This document shows, piece by piece, positions 32,154-42,934 of a stretch of DNA of 64,000 bases. The stretch lies in assembly GCF_003991155.1 (NCBI RefSeq), contig NZ_CP031293.1. One strand, given 5' to 3'. The notes beneath the pieces were generated by a model that ran no database searches, was not told where the DNA came from, and saw only the letters and a list, made by a program, of their open reading frames with translations. The translations under genes were made by a program, and so were the position numbers. This DNA comes from Escherichia coli (GTDB lineage Bacteria > Pseudomonadota > Gammaproteobacteria > Enterobacterales > Enterobacteriaceae). Each line of letters opens with the position of its first letter. Position 1 is the first letter of the stretch.

Positions 32154-32359
32154 TACGTAATCCTTCATTTATTTTAAGGACAGAAAATTACGGAGATATT
32201 GCAAATGCAATACCCGATAGTTCGCTAAAATATTTGCAAGAGACATCATTTATAAAAATGAATGATAGTCTTTACAAAAGCAGAAATAAGATATGCCAAA
32301 CAGACAGGTTAGATGGAATTCAATCTATTTGACAAAAATGATGGTTACAGAAAGGCAAG

Positions 32360-32434
32360 TTAAGGGTGGTGTTCAACAATCTTGTTGTCGATATTGAACC
32401 ATTTTGAGGTCACACATATATGTAAGATATTCAT
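32360..32434 (-). CDS. tnaC: tna operon leader peptide TnaC (24 aa)
   Basis: Minus-strand ATG AAT ATC TTA CAT ATA TGT GTG ACC TCA AAA TGG TTC AAT ATC GAC AAC AAG ATT GTT … CCT TAA gives MNILHICVTSKWFNIDNKIV..P with Trp12 and Pro24, ~205 bp upstream of tnaA. Confidence 0.75.
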   Translation of the reverse strand: MNILHICVTSKWFNIDNKIVEHHP

Positions 32435-32509
32435 AATGCACTTATCCTCGAAAGACACGAGGTTACAGTATAATACTCAAGAAATTTGTCTATCCTGAAA
32501 TTGTTTAAA

Positions 32510-32525
32510 TGTGAATCGAATCACA
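32510..32525 (-). promoter_or_regulatory. CRP (CAP) binding site of the tna promoter
   Basis: TGTGAatcgaaTCACA perfect consensus half-sites ~80 bp upstream of tnaC; tna promoter is known to be CRP-dependent. Confidence 0.55.
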
Positions 32526-33488
32526 GTTGGTTATTAGTGATATAAAATGACAATGATTTTGCATCATTAAAAATATTTATCAATTACGTTGATAAAACTA
32601 TTACATGCAGGTGTTAATAAATGGTGATAAAAATGGTAAATGACAGAGATGTAATGTTGAAGATGATTCCTTGATGAGAATTATGTTCTACGGAAGTGGT
32701 ACATCAACTTTTTGGGAAGGTATATAAATAAAGCAGAATAGATCACGTTTGGCACACATCTGATTACTCATGTAATTAACTAATTTCAGCACGGTTTTTC
32801 TTGCTTTTTTAGAGTAATTAATATACCGATGCCCAAGATGAATATCATAAGAAATACTATCAAAATAATGTCTGGAATGAAATATTATACAGATGAATGA
32901 TTGCGGTTACCTGATGATTTAAATAATGAATATGTGATTTGCTTGTTATATAAGAAAATTTAAATATTGCCGATAGTGTATTGAATAGTGCCTGCTTAAC
33001 GGGGTCCCCTGTTAAGTTGTCAAGCATGTTTATGAGACTGCTGGGGGATAAAAAGTCCCGGCACACATCCTGCTAACAGGACATCACTGCACTGTCTGAG
33101 CGATAAACGCTTGGTTGTGTCGTATTCCACGGCTCATTTTACGTGTGTAGTACGTTTGGGTATTGGTTTTCGGAGAGCAGCAAAGGCTGACAGGAACAAT
33201 GCCCGTTTGATGAGTTTATTGTCTCGTCTTGGCGGATGTTCGCCACATATTGATGAACCGTAACGCTAGGTAAAAAGGGGAAGCAAGACCCCACTGTTTC
33301 ACTTCAAAAGCCTTGCTTATGTAGAGTGATGAGATGGAGTGCCAGAAGGCCTGGAGTGGCAGAATAACGACTGCGGCATGCGTACCGGGAGCGATCATGG
33401 TTTGTTGTACCAGTGCCTGAGTGATGTCTGCCGCGGGGCGTTTTTCAAGATGAGGCTCAAGCTTGCAGGGCTGCCAGCTTCTTTTCAC

Positions 33489-34883
33489 TTAGCGAAGCCA
33501 GTTTTTCCGGCCTACGGCTACTCCCCGTAAGGCGTTCTCTGCGATGTTGTTGTCGATTTCCACCCAGCCATTGCTGCAGTACACGTTCAGGCCATCCCAC
33601 TGTTTCAGCAGGTATGCGAACGCTTTTGCCGTATCTGAGTGACGCGACAGTGTTTTCATCTGTTGCTGTATCCAGTCATACAGTGACTGCATCAGTGGCG
33701 CGGCTCTGGCTTTTCTTGCCGCCAGACGCTGTTCTGCTGAACAGCCCCGGACCTCTGCCTCGATGGCATACAGTTCACCGATACGCTGCAGGGCTTCCGT
33801 GGTGATGTAGGTGGGCGCTCTTGCATGCACATCGTGGATTTTTCTCCGGGCATGAGCCATACACGCGGCTTCCGTTATTCTGCCGGATTCGTATAACGCC
33901 CGGTAACCACCGTAAGCATCGGCCTGAAGCACACCGCTGTAACCGGCCAGGTGATTTTGTGGATGGATACCTTTCCGGTCCGGACTGTACGCGAACCAGA
34001 CCGCCGGGGGCATCTGTGAACCGGCGTTACGGTCATCACGGACGTAGACCCACAGCCGGGCTGTCCGGGTTTTACCGCTGCCCGGCTCCTGGACCGGGAC
34101 GGGGATATCATCAGCATGGACTTTACCGGGCATCAGCACATACTGGCGCAGGACGTCATACAGCGGCTCCAGCAGTTCAGCAACAGCACCTGTCCAGCGC
34201 CCCAGTGTGGCACGGCTCAGCTCCACTCCCTGACGACGGTATATTTCTGACTGGCGGTATAACGGCAGATGGTCTGCATATTTCCCGGTGACAACATGGG
34301 CCAGAAGCCCCGCTCCGGCATAACTGCGTGCAATGGGTTTTGAAGGTACTGGTGCCTGCACGATATGGTCGCACCGGCAACAGGCCTGTTTCGGACGTTG
34401 TGTTTCGATAACCTTAAAGGCGCTGCTGATAAGCTCCAGTTGCTCTGACACATCACATCCCAGAGAACTGAGTTCACCACCACAGGCAGGACAGCATTCC
34501 TCTTCCGGCCGGATAACCCGGGTTTCACGGGGAAGTGAGGCCGGTAACGGTTTACGGGCTGAAGACTGGCGCAGGGCGGATGGCAGTACCGGGTCATATT
34601 GCTCACCCAGCGTTTCCGCCATTTCTTCCTGAAGTGCGCTGATTCGCTCCTGTGCTTCCTGTATCTGCCGTTCGGTTTTTGCACGAAGTTTTTCTGAGCT
34701 TTTACCGAACTGCATACGTTGCAGTTTCGCAACCAGCGCCTTCAGCCGGTTGATTTCGGAAGCATAAGCCGCCACCCGCTGTGAGAGCAGGCGGTTGTAT
34801 TCAGCCATCTGGCGGATGGTGTCCTGTTGCGTCTGCAACAGTGCCCGCAGGCGGGCGTTCTCATGAGCAAGTGAGGTGTCCAT
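33489..34883 (-). CDS. IS66-family transposase TnpC (orf3), C-terminally truncated
   Basis: 464 aa with the CxxC…CxxC zinc-finger region and DDE domain typical of IS66 TnpC. Confidence 0.75.
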   Translation of the reverse strand: MDTSLAHENARLRALLQTQQDTIRQMAEYNRLLSQRVAAYASEINRLKALVAKLQRMQFGKSSEKLRAKTERQIQEAQERISALQEEMAETLGEQYDPVLPSALRQSSARKPLPASLPRETRVIRPEEECCPACGGELSSLGCDVSEQLELISSAFKVIETQRPKQACCRCDHIVQAPVPSKPIARSYAGAGLLAHVVTGKYADHLPLYRQSEIYRRQGVELSRATLGRWTGAVAELLEPLYDVLRQYVLMPGKVHADDIPVPVQEPGSGKTRTARLWVYVRDDRNAGSQMPPAVWFAYSPDRKGIHPQNHLAGYSGVLQADAYGGYRALYESGRITEAACMAHARRKIHDVHARAPTYITTEALQRIGELYAIEAEVRGCSAEQRLAARKARAAPLMQSLYDWIQQQMKTLSRHSDTAKAFAYLLKQWDGLNVYCSNGWVEIDNNIAENALRGVAVGRKNWLR

Positions 34884-34902
34884 ATCCTCACTTTACAACG
34901 GG

Positions 34903-35250
34903 TTATATGCGGATTCCAGCGCGTTCCGTTCGTTTCGGGTGCTTCCAGTTGATACCTTCAAGAAGCATGGATAACTGAGCCGGAGTAAGGTGCACCTTGC
35001 CGTCACGGGTGACTGGCCAGACGAAGCGGCCCCGCTCCAGGCGTTTGGTGAAGAGGCACAGTCCGTCACTGTCAGCCCACAACACTTTTATCTGGTCACC
35101 CCGGCGTCCGCGGAAGATGAACAGGTGTCCGGAGAACGGGTCATCCTTCAGGACGTTCTGAACTTTTGATGCCAGGCCGTTAAAGCCATTTCGCATATCG
35201 GTGATACCTGCAACCAGCCAGATACGCGAACCTGCAGGGAGAGATATCAT
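34903..35250 (-). CDS. IS66-family TnpB (orf2)
   Basis: 115 aa; MISLPAGSRIWLVAGITDMRNGFNGL… typical of IS66 orf2. Confidence 0.75.
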   Translation of the reverse strand: MISLPAGSRIWLVAGITDMRNGFNGLASKVQNVLKDDPFSGHLFIFRGRRGDQIKVLWADSDGLCLFTKRLERGRFVWPVTRDGKVHLTPAQLSMLLEGINWKHPKRTERAGIRI

Positions 35251-35927
35251 CAGTGGCTGCTCCCTTTTATTTCGCGGATAAGTGTCTGTAATAACGCCGG
35301 CGTCAGTTTACCTTTAAGCCTGAGAGTTCCGGCCGGCAGAACCAGCTCACAACACAGACTGTCGGACGGTGTATTTATCTGCTCTGGTTCCTGTGCGGGG
35401 GCCGGGATTTTATTATCCGGCTCCGGCGTTAACGTCACGGGAAGCAGTGCCGGCATATTTTTTCCGGAAGGCAGCAGGCCACCTTTCCGGTATTGATGGC
35501 GCCAGTTGAAGAGCAGGTTATCGTTGATTCCGTTTTCCCGGGCGATCTGCGCCACACAGGCTCCGGGCTGCAGTGACTGCTCCACTAAGGCGATTTTAAA
35601 CTCATAAGGGAAGTTGGGCCGCCGGGGACGTTTTTTTACCACGGGGGCTTCGGATATAACGGTGCTTTCAGGACGTACGACTGGTACCGTGGAAAATTGT
35701 CCGTAAAGGCAGGCATCAAGTTCCTGCTCCGACATGCCTGCGGGCAAAGGCCACGAAAGGCCAGCTCTCCGAAAGCGCACGAACATACTACAAACTGTTG
35801 ATTTTGGTACACCCAGGCGACGCCCGGCCACAACCCGGGGTAAATGTTCTTCAAAGTGAAGACGTAAAGCTTCAGTGATCCAGGTCCGGTGTTTCATACG
35901 ATAGTGTCCATTAAAAATGATGGACAT
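35250..35927 (-). CDS. IS66-family orf1 (TnpA) with N-terminal extension
   Basis: C-terminal half (…FPYEFKIALVEQSLQPGACVAQIARENGINDNLLFNWRHQY…) is IS66 orf1-like; N-terminal ~65 aa of unclear origin. Confidence 0.55.
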   Translation of the reverse strand: MSIIFNGHYRMKHRTWITEALRLHFEEHLPRVVAGRRLGVPKSTVCSMFVRFRRAGLSWPLPAGMSEQELDACLYGQFSTVPVVRPESTVISEAPVVKKRPRRPNFPYEFKIALVEQSLQPGACVAQIARENGINDNLLFNWRHQYRKGGLLPSGKNMPALLPVTLTPEPDNKIPAPAQEPEQINTPSDSLCCELVLPAGTLRLKGKLTPALLQTLIREIKGSSH

Positions 35928-35976
35928 TATTTTTGTAGAGCCGGAGGAAACAGACCAGACGGTTTAAATGAGCCGG

Positions 35977-36180
35977 TTACTTTCCCTCGCGCCATTGTTG
36001 TCGCCATTTGAACAACAGATTGGCGTTAATGCCATTTTCAAGAGCAAGTTTTGAGATGGATATCCCGGGTTCACAGGAGGCAGCAACGAGCTGCTGTTTA
36101 AATTCGGGAGGATAATTAGGGCAGCCTTTTCGCCTGCCGGGAGTCACATTTTTCTGCATATCTGACACTTTGGTTCCCAC
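35977..36180 (-). pseudogene. IS66-family orf1 N-terminal fragment
   Basis: …NYPPEFKQQLVAASCEPGISISKLALENGINANLLFKWRQQW… paralogous to the adjacent orf1. Confidence 0.5.
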
Positions 36181-36836
36181 TACTTATTTGGTGGACACCA
36201 CTTTGTCTAATTCGTCAGATTCTGACCAGACGGTTCAGGCTGTACGCTTACGTAGAACGCAGGTTCGTTTCGGTTCAGGATCGCGACAGTGCCCCCTCAC
36301 CTTCAGCTACAGTTCCCATAGAATTTTTTTCAGGTCAGTAATACTGGCTGCTGTTGTTGTCAGGATTTGATAGCTCATAAGCCCCGTTTGTCTTATTGGT
36401 ATAAGAGCATCTTTAAAAGCACTCTTAAAAGTACTCGTGTTGAAAAAACAGCCAGAACAAATGAAGTATGGCTCTTTCCGACAACTCTCTAAAACGTTCT
36501 GTAACACATTCTGAGCGTTTTTACGTCAGTTAGGCACGCCGCTCAGTGCTTCTGAGCGGCCTTGTTGCCGCGATCTGTTGTCCTGATCTTGATAAATGAA
36601 CATCAATACGGCGTTCCGTCAGTGTTTACAATAACTCCCAATTCATAACTACTTTTAACACATTTGTGTGATTCCCCCTTTCTGCTGAAAATATAGTTAT
36701 TTCCAATATAATCAATGAGTTTTATTAATTTGTTGATTTTTTTTTTCATGTTTTTTTTGTGATAATTATCATTTGAATGTGAATGTTGCTCCTGAATAAT
36801 GTTTATCAAAGTTGTCTGGTACGAGGGAGAAATTTC

Positions 36837-38099
36837 ATGGCTATCATCATGGGGATCATCGCTGACGATTTTACTGGCGCGACTGATATTGCCTGCTTTA
36901 TGGCAGAGAATGGTTTTCGGGTTGCGCTGTTGCCCGGTTTGCATGCACTCACGCAGTCATGGGATGAAGAGGCTGATGCAATAGTCATTTCACTGAAAAG
37001 TCGTTCATTACCCGCGAATCAGGCAATTGAGCAGACTTTGCTAAGTTATCATTGGTTGCGTGACTGTGCGGGGGCGCAGCAGATCTATTTCAAATATTGC
37101 TCAACATTTGATTCCACTGCAGATGGCAATATCGGCCCGGTCAGCGATGCACTGATGAAGGTGATGGGCACACCTTATGTCGTGCATTGTCCCGCTTTGC
37201 CCCAAAATGGCCGAACAGTTATCCATGGACATCTTTTTGTTAACGGTATACCCCTTAACGAATCCGGCATGGAAAAACACCCCCTGAATCCAATGACCGA
37301 CACTAACCTGCTGCGCGTACTGGCTGCACAAACCCCCAATAGAGTTGGTAATCTTGATCTGAGGACAGTTCAACAGGGCGAGCAAGCCATCACCACCGCA
37401 CTTTCCCGTTGTCAGGCTGAAGGGAAGCAACACATTATTGTCGATACATTAACTGAAAATGATCTGCAAAGCCTGGCAAATGTATTACGCCATACACCTT
37501 TACTGGCTGGGGGATCCGGACTGGGTGGGGCGTTAGCCGCTTTTTTACAGCAACATCCTTATACGCCAGCCTCCGCGTTTCCCAATCCTGCCAGAACGGT
37601 AATCTTCTCCGGAAGTTGTTCAGTGATGAGTAATCGACAGGTGGATGCTTATAAATCGCATGCAGCCACGCAGTTGCTTGATGTTGCTCGTTGTCTGGAC
37701 GATGGCAATAGATATATCGATCAATTACTTGAATGGACAATTGCGCACATCAATGATCCGCTTGCTCCGTTGATTTACGCCACTCAACCTGCGGATGTGT
37801 TGAAATCTATACAGCAAACCTGGGGTGAACACGCGGCAAGTAAAGCCATTGAACAAACTTTTGCGCAGCTTAGCCAAAAATTGCAGGTCGCGGGTGTCAA
37901 CACTTTTATTGTTGCTGGGGGAGAAACTTCCGGGACTGTAGTGGAAGCGCTAAATGTGAAACGGCTAACAGTGGGGAGCACTATTACGCCGGGCGTACCA
38001 TGGGTTTTTTCGGCAGAACCGCCCCTGGCACTGGCGCTGAAATCTGGCAATTTTGGGGAGCCTGATTTTTTCATTAAGGCTCAGGAGCATGGATTATGA
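36837..38099 (+). CDS. Four-carbon acid-sugar kinase family protein (DUF1537; OtnK/YgbK-like)
   Basis: ORF 36783..38099 trimmed to Met19 after a GAGGGAG ribosome-binding site; N-terminal MGIIADDFTGATD motif. Confidence 0.75.
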   Translation: MAIIMGIIADDFTGATDIACFMAENGFRVALLPGLHALTQSWDEEADAIVISLKSRSLPANQAIEQTLLSYHWLRDCAGAQQIYFKYCSTFDSTADGNIGPVSDALMKVMGTPYVVHCPALPQNGRTVIHGHLFVNGIPLNESGMEKHPLNPMTDTNLLRVLAAQTPNRVGNLDLRTVQQGEQAITTALSRCQAEGKQHIIVDTLTENDLQSLANVLRHTPLLAGGSGLGGALAAFLQQHPYTPASAFPNPARTVIFSGSCSVMSNRQVDAYKSHAATQLLDVARCLDDGNRYIDQLLEWTIAHINDPLAPLIYATQPADVLKSIQQTWGEHAASKAIEQTFAQLSQKLQVAGVNTFIVAGGETSGTVVEALNVKRLTVGSTITPGVPWVFSAEPPLALALKSGNFGEPDFFIKAQEHGL

Positions 38100-38734
38100 G
38101 TGAACTCATCGAACAAAAATTACGTGAACAACTCGTCTATTACGGGCGTTCGCTCTTTATGCGCGGTTTCAGTAGTGGCGGTTCCGGCAATATCAGCGTC
38201 AAACTGGCTGAAGACCGTTTTTTGGTCACGCCGACCAATTCCTGTCTTGGCGAGTTAGATAGTGAAAGAGTGAGTCTTATCGATATTCATGGCAACCATA
38301 TCAGTGGTGATAAGCCGTCAAAAGAGGTGCCTATGCATCTTGCCTGGTATCGACATCGTCCGAACTGTGGAGCGGTGGTACATCTGCACTCGCCATGGCT
38401 GACGGCACTTTCGTGTTTACCTTGCACAACACCAGAGAATTGCTTACCGCCGCTCACTCCCTATTACGTGATGCGTGTGGGGAAATTACCATTATTGCCT
38501 TATTTCAAACCAGGACATGAGGATATCGCTACGGCATTAAGCCATATAGCGGCCGACTCTACCGCAGCTCTGTTGGCGAATCATGGCCCCGTTGTCAGCG
38601 GAAGAACATTGCGCGAAGCGGTATTTAATGCCGAAGAGCTGGAAGACAGTGCCCGTATCTGGCTGACCTTAAAACCACTTGGCTATGTTCCTCTTTCGGC
38701 AAAAGACATCGCTGAACTGGAACAGGCCAGATGA
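38096..38734 (+). CDS. Class II aldolase/adducin-family protein (OtnC/YgbL-like decarboxylase)
   Basis: 212 aa; start overlaps the kinase stop; class II aldolase-fold motifs. Confidence 0.7.
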   Translation: MSELIEQKLREQLVYYGRSLFMRGFSSGGSGNISVKLAEDRFLVTPTNSCLGELDSERVSLIDIHGNHISGDKPSKEVPMHLAWYRHRPNCGAVVHLHSPWLTALSCLPCTTPENCLPPLTPYYVMRVGKLPLLPYFKPGHEDIATALSHIAADSTAALLANHGPVVSGRTLREAVFNAEELEDSARIWLTLKPLGYVPLSAKDIAELEQAR

Positions 38735-38749
38735 TAACGAGGTGAGAGG

Positions 38750-39556
38750 ATGATACCCGAGCAAAGGCGAGACTTTATTTACCGCTATGTCCATGAGAAA
38801 AACGTTGCTTCATTTAATGAACTGGCTGAGTTGATGAGCGTTTCGCATATGACAGTGCGTCGTGATATTCAATTACTGGAAGAAGAAGGCAAAGTTATTA
38901 CCATAAATGGCGGCGTTAAGCTGAACAACCAACTTAAATTGGAGTTACCGTGGCGAGAAAAAGCTGAACTGCATCATGATATTAAGCGTGACATGGGGCA
39001 GCTTGCTGCGATGTTGATCGAACCCGGGCAGACACTCTATTTAGATGCCGGAACCTCATTATTTGAGGTCGCAAAAGCAATCGTTGCCAGCCAGTGCTTT
39101 AATCTCACTATCGTGACAAATGATTTCTCTATCAGCCATTACCTGATGGATATGCAACATATCACGCTTTACCACACCGGGGGATTGGTAGATCAACGCA
39201 ATCGTTCTTGTTTGGGGAAAAGTGCAGCTGATTTTCTGCGCACGATTAATATCGATGTTGCATTTCTTAGCTCCTCTTCATGGGATACACAAAGAGGAAT
39301 GTCAACACCAAATGAAGGTAAAGCTACAGTGAAAGAGGCGGCGCTTACGGTCTCCCGTCGCCGCGTATTAGTGTGTGATAGCAGTAAATTCGGTAAATAC
39401 GGAATGTTCCATATATGCGAGCTCAGCCAATTGACCGATATCATTTCAGATAACCAGTTGCCTTTATCGGCGCAGGAAAGCATTACACAGCTGGGCGTGA
39501 AATTACATCTGGTTAATAGCCGGGAGGGAACGCAGCATGTTGAAGCTGGCGGCTAA
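38750..39556 (+). CDS. DeoR-family transcriptional regulator (YgbI-like)
   Basis: 268 aa; N-terminal HTH (…FNELAELMSVSHMTVRRDIQLLEEEGKV…) plus sugar-binding domain. Confidence 0.75.
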   Translation: MIPEQRRDFIYRYVHEKNVASFNELAELMSVSHMTVRRDIQLLEEEGKVITINGGVKLNNQLKLELPWREKAELHHDIKRDMGQLAAMLIEPGQTLYLDAGTSLFEVAKAIVASQCFNLTIVTNDFSISHYLMDMQHITLYHTGGLVDQRNRSCLGKSAADFLRTINIDVAFLSSSSWDTQRGMSTPNEGKATVKEAALTVSRRRVLVCDSSKFGKYGMFHICELSQLTDIISDNQLPLSAQESITQLGVKLHLVNSREGTQHVEAGG

Positions 39557-40313
39557 TCTCGACTGGTTGTTCACAGAACTGCCGATGTCTGCACGGTTTC
39601 ATGCAGCCAGACGGGAGGGGTTTCGTGCTGTTGAAGGAATGTTTTTCTGTCAGCATTCTCTGGATATGCTGAGAATTGCGCAGCAAGAATCGGGAATGAG
39701 CGTGGTGCTGATGAATGCTCCGGCAGGTGACTGGCTACGAGGTGAGCGTGGCCTGGCTGCACTTCCTGGCCGCGATGATGAATACCTGAACAGTTTGCTC
39801 ATTGCCCGCCGATATGCAGGGACGCTGGGATGCAGGCAGGTTCATGTTATGGCGGGCCTTCGGGATCACTCTGTGACAGAAGATGAACAACTGGAGTTAC
39901 TGGTTAATCGCTTGTGCATAGCCTGCGATGTGCTGGCGGAAAAAGATATTACAGTATTAATCGAACCCCTGAATTCTGAAGATATGCCTGGCTATATTAT
40001 TAATAGCCTTCCTCGAGCAAAAGATATTATCCGGCGGGTTTCTCACCAAAATATTGGTTTGCAGTTTGATATTTATCATTGCCAGAAAATTCATGGTAAT
40101 GTCACCCAAAATATAGATAAATATTTATCAATAGTTAAGCATTTTCAGATTGCCTCTGTGCCTGGTCGCCACGAACCAGGTTCTGGTGAGCTAAATGATA
40201 CGTGGATATTAAATTTTATTAATCAAAAAAACTTCCAGGGCTGGATTGGCTGTGAGTATAAACCTTCCACACTGACAACCGAGTCATTACGCTGGATGAA
40301 ACCATATTTATAA
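39537..40313 (+). CDS. Hydroxypyruvate isomerase-family TIM-barrel protein (OtnI/YgbM-like)
   Basis: 258 aa, xylose-isomerase-like TIM barrel; overlaps regulator stop. Confidence 0.65.
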   Translation: MLKLAANLDWLFTELPMSARFHAARREGFRAVEGMFFCQHSLDMLRIAQQESGMSVVLMNAPAGDWLRGERGLAALPGRDDEYLNSLLIARRYAGTLGCRQVHVMAGLRDHSVTEDEQLELLVNRLCIACDVLAEKDITVLIEPLNSEDMPGYIINSLPRAKDIIRRVSHQNIGLQFDIYHCQKIHGNVTQNIDKYLSIVKHFQIASVPGRHEPGSGELNDTWILNFINQKNFQGWIGCEYKPSTLTTESLRWMKPYL

Positions 40314-40334
40314 AATCTTTTTCTGGAGGAAAAT

Positions 40335-41147
40335 ATGTCGGATACCGTCATAATTTCGTTGGCACCTGTGGCCGCAGACTGCACCAGAGTCATACCCGAA
40401 GAATTGGCGCAGGAAATTTTGGCTTGCGTTGAATATGGAGCAGCAATTGTTCATTTACACGTTCGTGATAAGCAAGGCAAGTTAACGCCAGATACAACCG
40501 ATTTCCAGTCAACCATTGATCTCGTCAGACATCAATCAGACTTAATTATTCAGGCTTCTACGGGCGGAGTCTCTGCCATGTCAATAGCCGAGCGTTGCGC
40601 GCCTCTGGACTGCCCTGGCGTTGAAATGGCGTCGCTGAATGTAGGGTCGGTGAACCTTGGTGATGCCGTCTACGCTAATCCAACACCGGATGTCGAATAT
40701 TGTTCACAGCAAATTACCGCGCGTAGTATTGTTCCTGAATTTGAAGTGTTTGAAATTGGAATGGTTAATAATATTTTAACCCTCAATGAAAAGATAAAAT
40801 TCAGAAACCCCATGTTATTTAATATTGTACTTGGTCATAGAGGAAGTTCTCCGGCGACAATAGATGCATTAATTGCGATGCGCAGTATGATCCCGCGAGA
40901 TGCATTATGGGGTATTACTCACTTTGGCAGAAAGAATTTTGATGTTATTGCTGCTGCGGTAGCTATGGGAGCTAGCGAGGTCAGAATTGGTTTTGAAGAT
41001 AGTTATTATTTAAGTGCAGAGGAGATGGCGGAACAAAATTATCAGCAAGTTAAAAAACTCGCCAGACTTATTCGTAGTATGGATAAACAAGTGGCCTCAC
41101 CGGAAATTGCCCGACGGATATTAAATATCCCAATCCGGCAGCAATGA
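40335..41147 (+). CDS. Beta-keto acid cleavage enzyme (BKACE/DUF849, 3-keto-5-aminohexanoate cleavage enzyme family)
   Basis: 270 aa; …AAIVHLHVRDKQGK… resembles the BKACE metal-binding motif. Confidence 0.6.
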   Translation: MSDTVIISLAPVAADCTRVIPEELAQEILACVEYGAAIVHLHVRDKQGKLTPDTTDFQSTIDLVRHQSDLIIQASTGGVSAMSIAERCAPLDCPGVEMASLNVGSVNLGDAVYANPTPDVEYCSQQITARSIVPEFEVFEIGMVNNILTLNEKIKFRNPMLFNIVLGHRGSSPATIDALIAMRSMIPRDALWGITHFGRKNFDVIAAAVAMGASEVRIGFEDSYYLSAEEMAEQNYQQVKKLARLIRSMDKQVASPEIARRILNIPIRQQ

Positions 41148-41168
41148 CGACAGACAGGACATTTTACT

Positions 41169-42479
41169 ATGACTATAACAACCCTAATACAAAAAGCAGG
41201 ACTTACAATCTGTATAGCTGGCGGTGTACTCGCGGCAACAGGCGGGTTGATGCAATCCGCTGTGCTCTGGCAACCTGGATTGGTGATGCTTACTGCAGGC
41301 TTTGCCCTCGGTGCTGGTTACTGGCCGATACTTCGAAGTTATCAATTCACGTTATGGATTATCGCAGGTTTCGTGGCTGCGATGACCTGGTCGATGGATT
41401 TGATTGTCTGGGGCGGGTTTAACATTACTCACAAATGGATCGTGTTTTTAGTCATTCAGGCAACGATGTTCAGTATGGGTACCAAACTGACGATTCAGGA
41501 TTTTATCGATGTTGCCAAAATGCCATGGGCGGTGTTTATTGGCACCTTCTGCCACTTTGTGATTATGCCGTTGCTGGGGCTAACCATTACGCTGTTATTT
41601 GATTTTCCGCCAGAAGTTGCGGTGGGGATCCTGCTCATAGGTGCCTGCCCTAGCGGTTTATCATCAACTGTTATGGTTTATATCGCTAACGCGAACCTCG
41701 CGCTGGCGGTATCAATCGCCGCAGTTTCTACGCTGGCAGCAACGGTTATGACGCCGTTGTGGGTAAATTTGCTGGCTGGCTCCATGATTGACATCCAACT
41801 TACCGCAATGGTTATGGACGTGGTGAAAATTGTCCTTATACCAATTGGTGCAGCAATTTTGCATGACTACCTGAAAACGTACGCTGGAGTTCGAGGTCGA
41901 CGAACCGTGCAGCTTCTCGCCGGGATCTGCGCCCTGTGGCTAATTTACATGAGCTCTGGTGGTTGGGACTATCTCTTTGACAACGCCAGTGCAGACGTAC
42001 AAATGTATGCCGTGGTACTGAACTTTGTCACGGGTGGCATTGTATGGGCGTTGTTCTATAACTGGCTGTACAGTCGCGTGGAAGGCATTCAAAAGATTAT
42101 GCCAACCATCTCTATGATTGGGATCATCTTCTTTACCACCACCGCTGCGGCAGCTGGTCGTGATAACCTGTTGCAGGTTGGTTTCCTGCTTTGTTTCGCC
42201 ATGTTGTTGCATAACCTTGGCGGTTTCCTGATTGGCTATCTGATGAGTCGCTGGATATTCCGCATGGACGAACAATCGTCCCGTACCGTAGCCTTTGAAG
42301 TGGGATTGCAAAACGGAGGTATGGCGTCAGGTCTGGCAGCGGCAATGGGCAAACTGGCTACAGTTGGCCTTGCCTCTGCAGTCATGACACCTCTCGGCAA
42401 TGTGAGTGGTTCGCTGTTGGCAAACTACTGGCGCAAAAAAGACGCTCGTAAAGCACAGACTGCGAATAAAGACAAATAG
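41169..42479 (+). CDS. BASS-fold (bile acid:Na+ symporter-like) membrane transporter
   Basis: 436-aa polytopic protein; …GACPSGLSSTVMVYIANANLALAVSIAAVSTLAA… resembles BASS crossover motifs. Confidence 0.6.
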   Translation: MTITTLIQKAGLTICIAGGVLAATGGLMQSAVLWQPGLVMLTAGFALGAGYWPILRSYQFTLWIIAGFVAAMTWSMDLIVWGGFNITHKWIVFLVIQATMFSMGTKLTIQDFIDVAKMPWAVFIGTFCHFVIMPLLGLTITLLFDFPPEVAVGILLIGACPSGLSSTVMVYIANANLALAVSIAAVSTLAATVMTPLWVNLLAGSMIDIQLTAMVMDVVKIVLIPIGAAILHDYLKTYAGVRGRRTVQLLAGICALWLIYMSSGGWDYLFDNASADVQMYAVVLNFVTGGIVWALFYNWLYSRVEGIQKIMPTISMIGIIFFTTTAAAAGRDNLLQVGFLLCFAMLLHNLGGFLIGYLMSRWIFRMDEQSSRTVAFEVGLQNGGMASGLAAAMGKLATVGLASAVMTPLGNVSGSLLANYWRKKDARKAQTANKDK

Positions 42480-42514
42480 TCTGCCTGTTGTAACCTTTCA
42501 AAAGGAAACTCAAT

Positions 42515-42934
42515 ATGACGACATTGACCCTGAAACAAGCATTGCTTGCAGTAGAGTATGCGCTTGATCTTGCAGTGCAACAATATGCTGGCCGTCCTTT
42601 AAGTGTGGCAGTATGCGATGTTAATGGTGAATTGCTGAGCTTTGCCCGCATGGATAGAGCCAAACTGTTAACTATTGAATTAACGCAGCGTAAAGCACGA
42701 ACCAGTAGTCGTCTGGGCTGTACGACAGCAGCATTCTTACAGCGTCTACAAAAAGAGCAACTTGATATCAGCTATTTTGGAGATCCCCGGTTTACCGCAT
42801 TACCAGGAGGGATCCCTATTCTGGTTAAAGGAAAATGCATTGGTGCTGTTGCTGTGGGGGGATTATCCGCACGAGAAGATCATGATGCGGCACAGGCTGT
42901 CGCAGATAAACTGCTTGAGGAGATGACCAAATGA
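42515..42934 (+). CDS. GlcG/HbpS-like protein (DUF336)
   Basis: 139 aa; …GGIPILVKGKCIGAVAVGG… typical of GlcG-like proteins. Confidence 0.65.
   Translation: MTTLTLKQALLAVEYALDLAVQQYAGRPLSVAVCDVNGELLSFARMDRAKLLTIELTQRKARTSSRLGCTTAAFLQRLQKEQLDISYFGDPRFTALPGGIPILVKGKCIGAVAVGGLSAREDHDAAQAVADKLLEEMTK

Larger units (their letters stand above)
33489..36300 (-). mobile_element. IS66-family element remnant (orf1/orf2/orf3), 3'-truncated, with an extra orf1 fragment
   Basis: Three consecutive minus-strand ORFs with IS66 TnpA/TnpB/TnpC signatures; TnpC ends prematurely (…KNWLR*); IR-like sequence near 36300. Boundaries approximate. Confidence 0.7.

Noticed and set aside
32435-33215. 3' end of mnmE upstream of tnaC, as in K-12
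   Set aside because: No minus-strand ORF with an MnmE-like C-terminus is present in the ~1 kb upstream of tnaC.
33216-33488. 90-aa ORF directly following the truncated IS66 tnpC as its continuation
   Set aside because: In frame after the stop, but the translation does not resemble the IS66 TnpC C-terminus, so the element is treated as truncated at ~33489.
36603-36944. 113-aa minus-strand ORF overlapping the start of the kinase gene
   Set aside because: Lies in the AT-rich promoter region and overlaps the real gene start; low-complexity K/N-rich translation.
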